A DNA stretch of 64,000 nucleotides from Felis catus. Lineage: Eukaryota. The stretch is from positions 149,856,001 to 149,920,000 of the forward strand of contig NC_058368.1 in assembly GCF_018350175.1 (NCBI RefSeq), read 5' to 3'. Shown here piece by piece: positions 37,439 to 49,944 of this stretch. The first letter of the stretch is position 1. Each line of letters begins with the position of its first letter. Made by a program: the position numbers and the translations under genes. Below the pieces are notes generated by a model. The model had not been told where the DNA came from. It was given only the letters and a program-made list of their open reading frames with translations, and searched no databases.

Positions 37439-39683
37439 GTAAGGCTCATCAATTCATTCATTATATCATTATGTATAGCGTGCATGGATAGTCAAGTGGG
37501 TAACCGTGAAAATTTGAAGACTAACAACTAACAGTATTGAAGACTTTTTTCTCTGGTTTGATGTCAGAGTCCTGTTGAATATTTTCTGAGTTCAGAGGCT
37601 TGGAAACTATAACTTAACTGTGGGGTTTTTTTGGAAGTTACTAAGAGATATTTAGCTACTGTATACGTTTTCTAAAAACCTGAACACTCATAGTTAACTA
37701 TTTGGGATTTTTTTATCTTATAGAGAGAATGAGTTTAAAAGTTATGTAACCAACAAGACCTATAGCTAACTTTATATAGTACTCTTCATATACACAACAC
37801 GTATCTACATGCATATAGGCATATACACGTATATGCACAGAGAAGAGAAGGGAAGAGGACAGTGGGAGGAGTGGAACAAATTGATGTGGTGCTAAGAAGG
37901 AGGAGCAATATTTGACCCTTGAGATACTGACTGTTTGGTTTATAATAGTCTGTGACTCTGGGCTAATCTCCAGTCTAGTTGTGAAGCTGTGTTTCTGTGT
38001 GCCTGCTGTGCAGTAATTAGGAGGAATTGCTTTGGCAAGTCACAGAATGTTGTATCTTACACAAAGGGACTTCATTATCATTATTTTAACTTACTTTTCC
38101 AATAAGGAAGCAGCTCTAGAAGAGGTTAAAATTGTTTGCTTAAGGTCATGTAGTGCTGAGGCAGAACTAAAGGCCAGGCTTCTAAGATCCAGTCAAAATC
38201 TCTAAGCTGTTATAGGCTTTTGTTAAGTACATCCAGCCCACTGAAGACAACTGGAGATTCAGTGCAAAAGCATCAGAGAATATAGCAGTCTAATAATAAG
38301 ATATTATGGAGAATATATACTGTCAGTCATTTTATATCCCATTAAAAAAAAGTTAGACAACCACTCAAGACACAAATACTATACAGGTGATTTTGAAAAT
38401 GTGTGTTAATCCTGCCTCCAGCCTGAGTTTTGTAAAAGAGGTTTTCTACTCTTTCTACAGTTAAAATTTCTCTTGGTTAGTAATGATAGGACATCTGTGT
38501 TAAAGAACTGTAGATTCTGTATGTCTTGGCTTTAGTAGTGACTGAGAATTAGAAAATAATTATAAGCATGTTTCAGCACAGTTGTGTATATGATGTAAAT
38601 TAAAGTTTTTGTAAACTCAGTTTCAAATGAGTATAATTGTTAAGCAAATGCAGCAGGAAATTCTGCTATGTGAATTGTTTGACACTATAGGGTTTTTAAG
38701 GGGCACTTATGCCCAAGGTGATGATTTCTGACCCTAGTGTAGGTCCTAGTATCCTTTTTAAAGTTAAATTCCCTCTAAAAATACACAGAAAGTAGACTTG
38801 CATACTGAAATTCTTTCATGATTAAATGTTGGTAGGTGAGATTTCAGATTCAAAGACTTAAGTATTAAAATGTTTTCAAGCAAAATTTATGCAAGATTCT
38901 TCACAAATTAGTTTAAAAGAGGTAGTTAAAGAGCTGATAATTGTGTATTACAATGGCAATAAGTGCTATCTGAGAAGTAACAACCATTTCTAAGAGTCCA
39001 AAAAGAAGTGAACTGTTGTGATGTTGGAAAGTAAATGCTGAGGAGTTGGTTTACCCTCTCTGTAATGGAGAAGGTGAGGTCTTTTTCTTTATTATCATAA
39101 AAGCTTTTCAACATTAAATTGAATACATTTTCACTTACCAGGAAGTCACTTTTCCCTACTACAGTGGGCTCTTATTTTGGTAATTCATTAACAAAATCAG
39201 AATAATTAACTTGATTTATAACGACTTTATAGGGCTATTCTATTTAAATAAGTAAAGAAAGAAATGAGAGAATATAAGTTTTAGGACCGTACAGGACTAT
39301 GTATCTATAAAAAGGTTTATTTGTGCTCCTATAGTATTTCAGAAATTCTTAGTGTTCCTAATATTACTCCTTCCTCAAAGCAAGTGTAAGATGCACTACT
39401 AGCGCGGGATAAATAAAGAGTTGCCAAGACCGTAAATGTTACAGATACAACCTAAATCTTCCCAGAATAAACTGAAAACTCCAAGTTTGGGAAAAGCAAC
39501 TAGTATAAGAAGCAGAGATACATGTTCTTAAAGTAAGATACTTTAGCTTATTATTTTCTTGAAGCTATGTTTGGGCTTCCTTATATTAATTCATAGTTCA
39601 TGGTTCTACAAGTATTAAAGCTTTTGTTTATTATTATGTAACATATATAGTTTTCTAAAAAAGAAAATTTCCCTCCCATTCAG

Positions 39684-39751
39684 TGGTTTTGTTTTTCTTC
39701 GACTTATCTGTCCTGCCATCCTGAATCCACGGATGTTTAATATCATCTCAG
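39684..39751 (+). CDS. RASA1: RASA1 exon 21 (68 nt), FLR motif: GFVFLRLICPAILNPRMFNIIS
   Basis: cattcag|TGGTT...CTCAG|gtaatc; RasGAP FLRxxxPAIxxP signature. Confidence 0.97.
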
Positions 39752-41221
39752 GTAATCAGCTTTTGATAAAATTTTAAAATTAAAAAAATTAGAATAAAAT
39801 TATATCTTTAACATCTGATTTTATTTTTTTACCTTGTATCTCATTTTATCTTTGACATCTGATTTATTATCAAGTTCTAAAACTTGACATAAACATTCCA
39901 AAGTGCCCTTTTCTTCTTCCTTCCTTTTGCTATTTACCCTCTCTACTTTTACTTACCTTTTCTATCTAATATCTGAAGCCTGAGGTGGCGTGACTAGACA
40001 CGTGTCACTCTTTCCCCATCCCTACCTGTGTCTGAAACTCACATTATGATGACTTTTTCCAATCTGCAGCTTGGCTTTTTCAGGTTGGGAAGAGCTTTCC
40101 TTGTGCTTTTAGTCCACACTAGACTCTGTCACTACTACTGCAAGTTGTATTTTCAGGTCACATTAAAATGATAGCTACAGGTTCAGTAGTGCTCTGTGAA
40201 TACTTGTGGCCCTGTAGAGAGGAGAGGTTTTAATTGGCCAGTTTAAACTCCCAACAAAGCAGATTTGGGTTTGCTTATTTCCCGTGTATCTATTACGGAA
40301 GGACTTCCAGATGCCGTAGGCTTCTTTGGAAGAAAGGGGAACCGTGATCCCTGTGACTCCAAATGTAATAATGAGTCATTAGGAACAGAAGGAACCTGAA
40401 CCGTTTTTATTTTGATAATTAGAAGCTCAAAGTTGTACTTAAACATATTTTGGACTAAATCTTAATTTTTACCTTATTATAGTCACCAGATGTCTGTCAT
40501 TATCTTCTGTTGCTACTCAAATGGTTAAATCTCTGGTTCTATTAAGAATTAGAGTTTAGATTTTGGAGAGACTGGTTTATCTGAATGTTGGCCTCCTAGC
40601 CACCAGGCACTACTTATTTATAGTTCAGCTTAAAAGTACAATCTAAAATTAGACAAATGGACTTAGCTATGCATTTTTACTGTTAAGTAATTGTTATGTT
40701 TCAGGGATTATATGTAATAGCTACAGTTTTCATTTGTAGCCTACTATGTACATCCTATAGGGAAAGGTCTCCTGACTAATCTTCAGTTTATTCTATACTA
40801 TTCTAAGTTTTTTTTTTTTTTTCCTCTCCTTAAAATAAAGCAGAAGTCCCAGATGTTATCTTTGTTATTGAGCTTTAAAGTGATTTTGTAGTCACTGGAA
40901 GATTGGGAGTAGGGAAGTGCACAGACTGCAAATTGCTAACATGAGTGGGTTGAAATTAGTTTTGCAAATTGTCATGAAGGGTTTGTGGAATGACCCTTCT
41001 TTAGCGATAAAGATAAAGCAGGCTTTGAAGTGTTCTGAAATACCAACCAGTTGAGAACTGCTGAGTCTTGTAGCACCAACCTTTTCACAAACTATAAATA
41101 TTGATCAGTTTATTTAACTTTACCCCCTTTAACTTGTTTTTTGATTTATACAGGTCATGTAATTCCCAAAAAAGATTGAGCTCTAAATGGAAGAGTGTTA
41201 GTATTTTTAACAGTAAATAAA

Positions 41222-41431
41222 TTTTATTTTTAATGTTCATTTGAGAAAGAAACAGAGTACACCAGCAGGGGAGGGGTAGAAAGAGAAGGAGAGAGAAAAT
41301 CCCAAACAGGCTCTGCGCTGTCAGCGCAGAGCCTGACATGAGGCTCGAACCCATGAACCATGAGATCATTCATGACCTGAGCTGAAATCAAGAGTCAGCC
41401 GCTTAACCAACCAAGCCACCCAGGGGCCCCC
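41222..41431 (-). mobile_element. CanSINE (older) about 95 nt upstream of RASA1 exon 22
   Basis: Reverse head ...gccacccaggggcccc; TSD-like cagtaaa(t/g)aa. Confidence 0.85.
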
Positions 41432-41525
41432 AGTAAAGAAATATTAAAGTGCTAAATTTATAATGCTTTACCTGAAAATGCCTTTGGAGTCAGTGTCATT
41501 ACCTGTGCCCAATTCTCTCTCATAG

Positions 41526-41614
41526 ATTCCCCGTCTCCTATTGCTGCAAGAACACTGATATTAGTGGCTAAATCTGTGCAGAACTTAGCAAATCTTGTGG
41601 AATTTGGAGCTAAG
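41526..41614 (+). CDS. RASA1: RASA1 exon 22 (89 nt): SPSPIAARTLILVAKSVQNLANLVEFGAK
   Basis: ctcatag|ATTCC...CTAAG|gtaaaa. Confidence 0.97.
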
Positions 41615-42509
41615 GTAAAACCTTTTGATACTTTAAAATGCCATTTACAAATGAAATTTTGACATAATAAAACCATGAAATATGGACAGTTTAGGTAGAT
41701 TTTCAGTAGTGGCTATTTTATAAAGAAAATCACTAAGTATATTTTTAAACATACCTTAATCCATCTCATTAATTCATAATAAACATTTACTGTAAATAAC
41801 TCAGACGAGTTTTTAAAACATCCATCTATGATCCCACTTCCTAAGCATTGTTAATATTTAGTGGTGATCATACCGTGGTGCCTGATTTTGTCAGTATTTA
41901 ACAAACTTCTTGCTGTACAACTATTTTATTATTTTTAATGATTATGTTGTCATGTAGGTGTTAAATACTCCTGTACTCATTATTTAGATGGCTTCCAGCT
42001 TGTCACTGTTATAAATACTGCTATAACAAGTATCCATACATACTTTCAAAATTCTCCAGTTACTTCCTTTAACTTTGGAGTAAAATTCTTAGGTAGGACT
42101 TTTTGTTCTTCAGATCCTTGCCAAAAGTCATTGACTATTAATTGTTTTTAATTTTTGCTAACCATAATGTTACTTTTACTTTTCATGTCTGTTTCTTTGG
42201 AATTGACTAGAGTTCCTTACCATTTGTTATTGATTTTAAAAGAGTTTGTGTTAAGCCTTTTTTGTTTTACAACATAGCATGTTTTTAAACAGGCTTAAGA
42301 TTTTAGTATGCAGAGCAATTTGTAGTATGGTTTAGCATTTGAATTTATCTGAATCCTGAAGCAGGTTGTGAGTAGTATATATTCCTGTTGCAGTCTTGAG
42401 TGCACTGCATTTTAATTATCTGTAGTCTGCTACATTCTAACCTCTGGGTTTGGCTCATGTTTATCTTGGCAGTTGGCAAATAATAGTTTCTCGGTAATTC
42501 CATCTGAAT

Positions 42510-42730
42510 TAGTTGACCCTTGACAACAGGTTCAAACTGTACAGGTCCACTTATGGCTATTACAGTATGGTAAATATATTTTAAGATTTTAGTATTTTCT
42601 TTAGCTTTATTGTAATAATACAGAAGAGAATATATGTAACATAAAATATGTGTTAACCAACTATGTTATCAGTAAGGCTTCTGGTCAAAACTAGGCTATC
42701 AGTCAAGTTTTTGGGAAGTCAAAAGTTATT
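42510..42730 (+). mobile_element. Tigger2/MER8-like TcMar-Tigger fragment
   Basis: agttgacccttgacaacaggttcaaactgtacaggtccacttat start and ttttgggaagtcaaaagtta. Confidence 0.7.
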
Positions 42731-42969
42731 GGTCATTGCTCAGTGTTTTCTTTTCATCTAGAATTTCTTTCATTAAAAAGATTCCAGTTCCTCAGTAATT
42801 TGCCTTTATTAGAAGACAAATTTGTATGGTTAAATTAATTCTTGTGAACATGTATTGCTATTGATGGGCATAATTAGATTGTAAGAATTCTTGCTACATG
42901 TATGGTGGTTATCGATCAGTGGTTGTTTTTGATCTATAAATTGTAAGGTTTTTGTTTTTATGTTTTTAG

Positions 42970-43047
42970 GAGCCCTATATGGAAGGTGTCAATCCGTTTA
43001 TCAAAAGTAACAAACATCGTATGATCATGTTTTTAGATGAACTTGGG
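42970..43047 (+). CDS. RASA1: RASA1 exon 23 (78 nt): EPYMEGVNPFIKSNKHRMIMFLDELG
   Basis: tttttag|GAGCCC...CTTGGG|gtatgt. Confidence 0.97.
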
Positions 43048-44081
43048 GTATGTGTGTAACTTTTGAAGTACTTTAAGACCTAGAGTTAATGTATTTAAGC
43101 AATAGCTTAGATTTTCCATCTGGGAAAAAACAAAACAAAAAGCTGCCTATTTTTGTCTGCTTTCCCAAATTATTTCATTTTAACCATTTGTTCCTACACT
43201 AAATGGCTTATGCCAAGTATTCACTATGGCTTTTGTAGTACTTATGTTTATTTCTGTCTTGACGTTCATTATCTTTTAGCTGTTCAATCTCCTTACTGTG
43301 ATAATCTGTTGTTGTATTTACTTAACTGCTAGTGTATGGCATTTGAAATAAGATCGATGATTCAGATCTGACCAGGTTAAATAAATAGACTGGAATGAGT
43401 GTTCTTGAGGCTTTTCTAGAATAAAATACATGGATTTAGTGTTACACTTCACTTAGTGGTACTACCTATGTCTTCATTGGGCCTTTATAAATAAACTGTA
43501 ATGATAAAACAGGGAATTTATATATTATATATATGTATTTTATGTGTATATATGTAATTGTATACATATAAATTATATACAAATAGTATGTATACATATA
43601 TACACACAATTTATAAGATCCTGTATTTCTTAGTAAAGTTGAATATTCTTGATTGTAGATTTTCAGACATTGAATCAATTAAAAACTAAAATACATTAGT
43701 GATCCAGTTCATATATAAAAAAACAGGTTTATGAAAAAGGTGATCACTTTAGCCAGGTGTATGACATTAGGGAATGCTACGGTAGGAGACTGAGGTACCC
43801 ATGTCCTGCCTTAAGGTATTCAAATTCAGTTAAAAACACAGCCACACCAGTATGCAATGAAAGCAACCAGCACTGAGTTTGCAACCTCAGGGATAAAAAC
43901 AAGTGTAAAAAGTTATTTACAGCGTAAGTTTATACTTGGGATAAAATTTAGAAATACAGGGGCCAATGCCAAATGTCCATCTTTCTTATGTATGAACTCA
44001 GGGAAGTTTTGCAGATACCAGTATTTCTGATTATCAAAAAAACACAGCTGGTCAAGGATTGAAAAAATTGAAAACTGTCAA

Positions 44082-44243
44082 GGGGCGCCTCAGTGACTTG
44101 TCAGTTAAGCATACAACTTTGGCTCAGGTCATGATCCTTTGGTTTGGGGGTTTGAGCCCCACGTCAAGGCTCTGCTGACAGCCTGCTTTGGATTCTCTCT
44201 CTGCCCCTCCCCTGCTCACACACACTCTCAAAAAAACAAAAAT
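44082..44243 (+). mobile_element. CanSINE (older)
   Basis: ggggcgcctcagtgac head; TSD aaactgtc. Confidence 0.8.
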
Positions 44244-44661
44244 CAAACTGTCCAGTATTTAATACCAGCTAGCTTTATCTTAAGCTATATTTCTAGTTTT
44301 TAGATTCTTGAGATTAATGGTTAGGACTCCATTAATACTCCACAAGTGTCAACATTCCCGCTTCCTCATCATTTTCCTAGTTAGGCCTCAAATTGTGTCC
44401 TTTCAAAGTGCTTCAAATTCCCAATACTCTGTCTCCTCACACTCTTGTATTCCTTTACCACCTGCAAAAATCAAATTCATCTTTCAGCACTCACCTGAAG
44501 TATCTCCTTCAGAAGGGCTTTGATGAGCACTAAACCTGAATCAAATACCTTTTGTTCTGCTTCCCAGGAGTCCTCTGCACATCTTTGATATCTCTGTGTT
44601 GCTGTGATTCGTTTACGTATCTTCTACAGAGACTGCAAGCTCCCTGAAGGCAAATACTGTA

Positions 44662-44852
44662 GTTTTGTTTTGTTTTGTTTTTAAGAGAGAGAGGGAACAA
44701 GAGGGCAGGCAGGGGAGAGGCATAGAGAGAATCCCAAGCAGGCTGTGCACTGCCAGGGCAGAGCCCAATGTGGGGCTTGAACCCACAGACCATGAGATCA
44801 TGACGTGAGCTGAGATCAAGAGTCAGACACTTAACTGAGTGACCTAGGCACT
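44662..44852 (-). mobile_element. CanSINE (older)
   Basis: Reverse body ...gagatcaagagtcagacacttaactgagtgacctaggcac. Confidence 0.8.
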
Positions 44853-45639
44853 TACAGTCTTTCATTTCTGTAATCCTTCATTCACTGCATGAATAAATGA
44901 ATGAGTTAATTAACAAGTATTATCACCATTAGGGAGAGGAGTGGATTTATTCAAAACTACCAGCAGGCTGAGCCCATGTTTAAGTTTATTCTCAGGCTGA
45001 AACTAACATTGATTATTTAGTGCTAATAAAGTACTAAGTTATTTAATGAACGTTACCTGAAGATATCATAATTAACAGTGATCATTTCCACACATAACCA
45101 AATGTTTTGGGCATAGTCCACAGATAATTACAGGCCTGACATGTTCTCATCACACTTTCACAGTGTAACTCTTATATATACTGATAAAGTCAAACAAAAT
45201 ATACCGGCTGAATAATGAAGTTTAGTTTGCAAGAACAGAGGCATTTTAAGTTTAGGTTGCATTTAATCCAGATTAGCTATTACACTGTGTTGTTTTGTCT
45301 TTTTGGGTTTTTTTTGCCTATATACCAGATCAATAAAACCCAGAACTCTTAATAAAGGGGTTTAGGAAACCCATTTATTTAGAACAACAGTACTGTACAA
45401 TATTCTGCCATTATGTGGTAGAAAACCAGAACCTAGGTTTGATGTGAATGCTGAGGTCACAGATTCTGTTTTATCAGAATTAGCACTGAATGTTACATTT
45501 CAGTAAGTCCTTAGAACATTAAGAGAAGTTTAAGAGAATATTACGTTAAAAATTCTGTCTACTATAAGCAATTAGGATCTTTTCAGAAGTGACTATAAAG
45601 ATTTGTATATGTAAATGGAGTTTTATGATTCTCTTAAAG

Positions 45640-45774
45640 AATGTACCTGAACTTCCGGACACTACAGAGCATTCTAGAACTGACCTGTCTCGTGATTTAG
45701 CAGCACTGCATGAGATTTGTGTGGCCCATTCAGATGAACTGCGAACACTCAGCAATGAACGGGGTGCACAGCAG
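45640..45774 (+). CDS. RASA1: RASA1 exon 24 (135 nt): NVPELPDTTEHSRTDLSRDLAALHEICVAHSDELRTLSNERGAQQ
   Basis: cttaaag|AATGTA...CAGCAG|gtaggt. Confidence 0.97.
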
Positions 45775-46822
45775 GTAGGTTTTTGCCAGCCTTCACTAAC
45801 AGTGATGTTTGATTAACACTTAAGCAGAATGTCAGCATAAAATTGAGAGGGAATTTGCTGAGTTATGGTCAAAACTGTTCTCAGTTACATTTTTAAGAAT
45901 CTGAATCATAACTCCACCAAGATCTTGGCCAAGGAATAGTGGACCCAGGCTAAAATTATGTATGTTTGATACTGCACACTGTGACCTCAAACGATGATGT
46001 GTTTCACACACTTCAGTGATTTCTGAAGATGGCAAATGAACAATGAAGTCAATAGTGAGGTGGCGTTTTCTTTGTTTCTCTCACATATGCAGTGCATGGC
46101 CAAGTGACTTGCAAGCTCCAGGTTCAGAGACTCTGGAGCATGGCGTGGGAAGATGCCATTTCTATTAAGCTCTTCCTGAGTACTGTCACTAGCCTGGCCA
46201 TTCATTTGGCAGGGACCCTGAAGAAGAGATTAAAACATTGTGTTTGGGGACTCTGAGTTTTCTTCAACCCCAAATCCTCAAGTTTAGATAACACTCTGGC
46301 TTATTAAAAGCTTAGGCAGGATGTGTGCCACTGGCCTCCTTACATGTCCATGGTGAGTATACGGTCTTCTCCCTACCTGGCTGGTGCAGTTTATTATGGA
46401 CTGCCTTGAGTTAAAAATAAAATTCTTACTGGACAATTTGACAAAAAAATTTTAGGCCTAGTCCTTTTTCTTCCATAATCTTAAAGTATTCAGTAGGCTG
46501 CAAATTGAATGTCCTTCCATCATCTTACAGGGTTTAAGATGTATGTGTCATTTATAATAAATGTTTTCTGGAAAGAAGTTCTATCCTAGGTAGATAGGAG
46601 AATGCCACACAAATGAATTTACTTACTTTAAAAGTGTACAAAAATACTGAGTCAAGGACTGAATAGAAACCTTTACGGTTTCATCTTTTGAGTAGAATGG
46701 TTAATATTTTTTGAATTCTTTTGAATTGATAATGGCTTTTTACAAGTCCAGGTTCCCTCAAATTTGACCAAACTGTTACCTATTTACTAATTATTTTTGT
46801 ACTGTTCTCTTTGTTTATTTAG

Positions 46823-46906
46823 CATGTACTGAAAAAGCTCCTGGCCATAACAGAACTGCTTCAACAAAAACAAAACCAGTATACAAAAACTAATGATGTC
46901 AGGTAG
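46823..46906 (+). CDS. RASA1: RASA1 last coding exon (84 nt): HVLKKLLAITELLQQKQNQYTKTNDVR*
   Basis: tatttag|CATGTA...AGG TAG. Confidence 0.97.
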   Translation, partial: HVLKKLLAITELLQQKQNQYTKTNDVR

Positions 46907-47875
46907 CAGCCTTCGCCCAAGTGCAGCACGCTCAACACGGTAATTCACGTCAGTATAATGTCTCCTTTGCTCTTGCCAAAAAATAGCACACTTTTCCACA
47001 TTCCAGTGATGTGTGAGCTATGCAAACAAAATCCAAGATTCTGCTGGTGAGTGTGCCAGCAGCTTTTTGTAAGCTATCTGTGCAGGATATTTGCACTTTT
47101 TCCACATACGGAATCAATCTTTACCAACTTCTGAGCCTTGGTGTACAGATCACCTTTCACACAACAAAATGCTATGACTGTATCTTGAACTTGGAAAATG
47201 TATTTTCCCTACATCCAATTGCCAAAAAAAGAACTATGAAACCAACTGACAAGAAAAAGGATTCTGTTGACAATTGAGGATAACTGGATCACTGACTGTT
47301 CTTACTGTAACTCCTTCCTCATTAGGAATACGACCGTTTGACTGTTCATTGACTATTTGTATTTACAGTTTCCAGAGTTTGCCATTATAATAGGAACAAT
47401 CTTTGCTGTATACTTTTTTAAAATACTGTGCTATTTCTCTTGCTGGAACTGTTGAAAGAAAATATATAGAATGGATCTATTGCTCATCAGCTTTATTTTT
47501 TAAACATACCACTTATTTTGTTGGAATTGTCAAAGACTGTATTTAGATCTCATGATGCTTTTGTTACATGTTTACAACAGTAAATAGTTTGAATTCAATA
47601 AATATTATTGGTCGTTGTACTGATCAAGGCATGTTCCCCATTCATCCATTGTATACATTACCAATTTATTTTGTGTTTAAAAACACCTGGAATGCTTTTG
47701 TTGAAAGTATTCATTTCCAAACTGATGTTTTTAAACAGTTCTCCATCTTTGAACTTCTGACTACTTGTTCTATCTGCTGCATATTTAGTTTGTATAGTTT
47801 TATTTGCTTCTGTATATGTATTTTTGTGAAGTATTCACAAGGGTTAAGTTAAAATAAAACCAAGGGATATCTTGA
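46907..47875 (+). other. RASA1: RASA1 3' UTR (end approximate)
   Basis: AT-rich sequence with no recognisable repeats after the stop; AATAAA at 47597-47602 and 47853-47858. Confidence 0.8.
47853..47858 (+). promoter_or_regulatory. Probable main RASA1 polyadenylation signal
   Basis: AATAAA about 950 nt past the stop, followed by T-rich downstream sequence. Confidence 0.7.
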
Positions 47876-49173
47876 GTAATTGTCTAAATCCAGCTAAGCA
47901 TTTCATTTCATTATTTTCTTTCTCCTTCAGGGGCAGTTCAAATTTAGTACCAGAGCAAGGCCTAGTAAGAAAAAGACAAGTAACAATTCCTTCCCTCCTA
48001 CGATGGTGTAGGAGGGGGAAGGCACACAAAAAGTAGTACATGGCAGAAAAGCCTTCTGTGGAGGCAGGTGAGCAGTGGTGTTCAACAGCCCTGTGCTCCT
48101 TTCTCTTGGTGTCAATTTCATTACTTTACTTTTCCATCACTCCTGCTTTACGGGAGTATCCCACTTGGGTTACAGGATGAAGGATAGACCAGAAGGGACG
48201 TGGAGCAGAGGTCCAAATTCTAGCACTAGGCAATTGAGTTCCCCACCACTGATCACATTTTAATGCCACGTTTATCTTTTAAGCTGGAATAGGAAACGTC
48301 ATTTACCTTTGTAGGGTGGAACTTGCAGTAACTAGTTGGGTCAATGATGAAATAAAGCCTCTAAAACTTTTAAAATGGGGCTGGGTAGGAGACTTTGCAG
48401 AGATAAATGTGGACCTTGCTCAGATGCCAAAGCTTACTGACCTAAAAGACAAACAAGGTAAATTACCAACACTCTGCAGTGCTGTCTAGAGGCTAGCAGC
48501 ACTGCTACATAACTTGGAATGCACTGGAAAATGGTCAACTTAAGCTTCTTCTATTCGACTTTTATAAAATCACACTTAATGAACTTCATTCCTCATTCTA
48601 AAGTGAGAAGGAACTAAAAATAAAAAACCTAAAATGTAAAAAATTATTAGAAGAATATGCATATAGTAAATACTGTCCTCAAATACTGAGATGTAATTAA
48701 AATATACTCTAAATGGAAGGTGCAGCCTGGGATGCACAGACATTGAGAAAAGCTGTGAAACCATAACATTGAGATTCACGGGCTGAGTTTTGCCGAATTC
48801 CTTCAACCAGTATTCCAGAAAAAATTCAACAGACATCCATAATTTGGTTCCAAATTATGAATAAAACAGAATAGTAAAATCACAGTTAAATACCTGAATA
48901 CTATTTCTATCCAACATTTATTAACACTTAATATAGGCAACCACTATTCCAATTAATCCTAGGAAACATAGGTGATTATTTTCCCCATTTGCACCTTAGG
49001 AAATTGGCACAGAGGTCTGTGGAGTTACATTTAATATCAACTCCCTTCAATTCGAATTAAACTTCTTAAACATCTTTAATTTGAAAAATTCTTAGTAACT
49101 GTAACACCTATCTACTGGTTAATAGCAACTTAGTATTTTTATCGAGACAACTATTCAAGACTGCATATTTACC

Positions 49174-49381
49174 AGGATGCCTGGGTGGCTTCCAATTGGT
49201 TACATGTCCCAACTTCGGCTTGCATCACGATCTTGCAGTTCATGAAGTTCAAGCCCTGCGTCAGGCTCTGTGCTGACAACTCAAAGCTTGGATTCTGTGT
49301 CTCCCTCTCTTTCTGCCCCTCCCCTGCTCTGTCTCTCGTTCAAAAATAAACATTAAAAAAATATTAAAAAAAAAAAAATAA
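49174..49381 (+). mobile_element. CanSINE between the RASA1 and CCNH 3' ends
   Basis: ggatgcctgggtggct head, A tail; TSD aagactgcatatttac. Confidence 0.85.
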
Positions 49382-49775
49382 AAGACTGCATATTTACTTG
49401 ATTTCTCTTTTAGAAACCTATTCGGTAATGTTTTCAGGTAACTGAGGAAAACAAATACTGACTACCACTTGACAGCTGAAGCGCATTTTGTAGTTCAGTA
49501 GTAACCTACAAAAAGCTAAGTAGATCACAGTGACATTTGAGAAACCATTTATATAAAGGCTTGTAGAGAGTGAAAAACATTCCCTAGCACATTTAAAGCA
49601 GACTACTCGGTTTTTTTAACTTTTGTGCTTTTCCTTAAAAAATAGGTTTGCATATTGTAATTTGTTTTAAACAATACAGGCAAATAAATTACAGCTTTCA
49701 CTACTATAGAAAGATTTAGTCATGATGGGGCAAGGCTATCTAAACCAGGTGCTATTCTGGCCCCTTTGAAAAGGT

Positions 49776-49781
49776 TTTATT
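49776..49781 (-). promoter_or_regulatory. Probable CCNH polyadenylation signal
   Basis: tttatt on + strand (AATAAA on -), about 165 nt after the stop. Confidence 0.6.
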
Positions 49782-49944
49782 TCACATAAAGCTATCCTGA
49801 AAGGGAAGAAAATTTAACTAACAAAAATAGAAAATTTACTATCTTTAATGCTTTCACGTCATTTCATTTTTAAATAACCTTAAATGCCAGGTAGGTTTCA
49901 TCCTTCTGTTGATTAGTTAGCATTGAAAAGTCAATTTCAAATGG

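Larger units (their letters stand above)
4445..47875 (+). other. RASA1: RASA1 gene, partial (exons ~7-25 plus 3' UTR; 5' part lies upstream of the window)
   Basis: 19 exons with AG/GT boundaries splice in one open frame into the p120GAP C-SH2, PH, C2 and RasGAP sequence ending QNQYTKTNDVR*. Confidence 0.98.

Noticed and set aside
43515..43610. TA-rich stretch with partial self-complementarity
   Set aside because: Degenerate low-complexity microsatellite; pairing is expected from composition.
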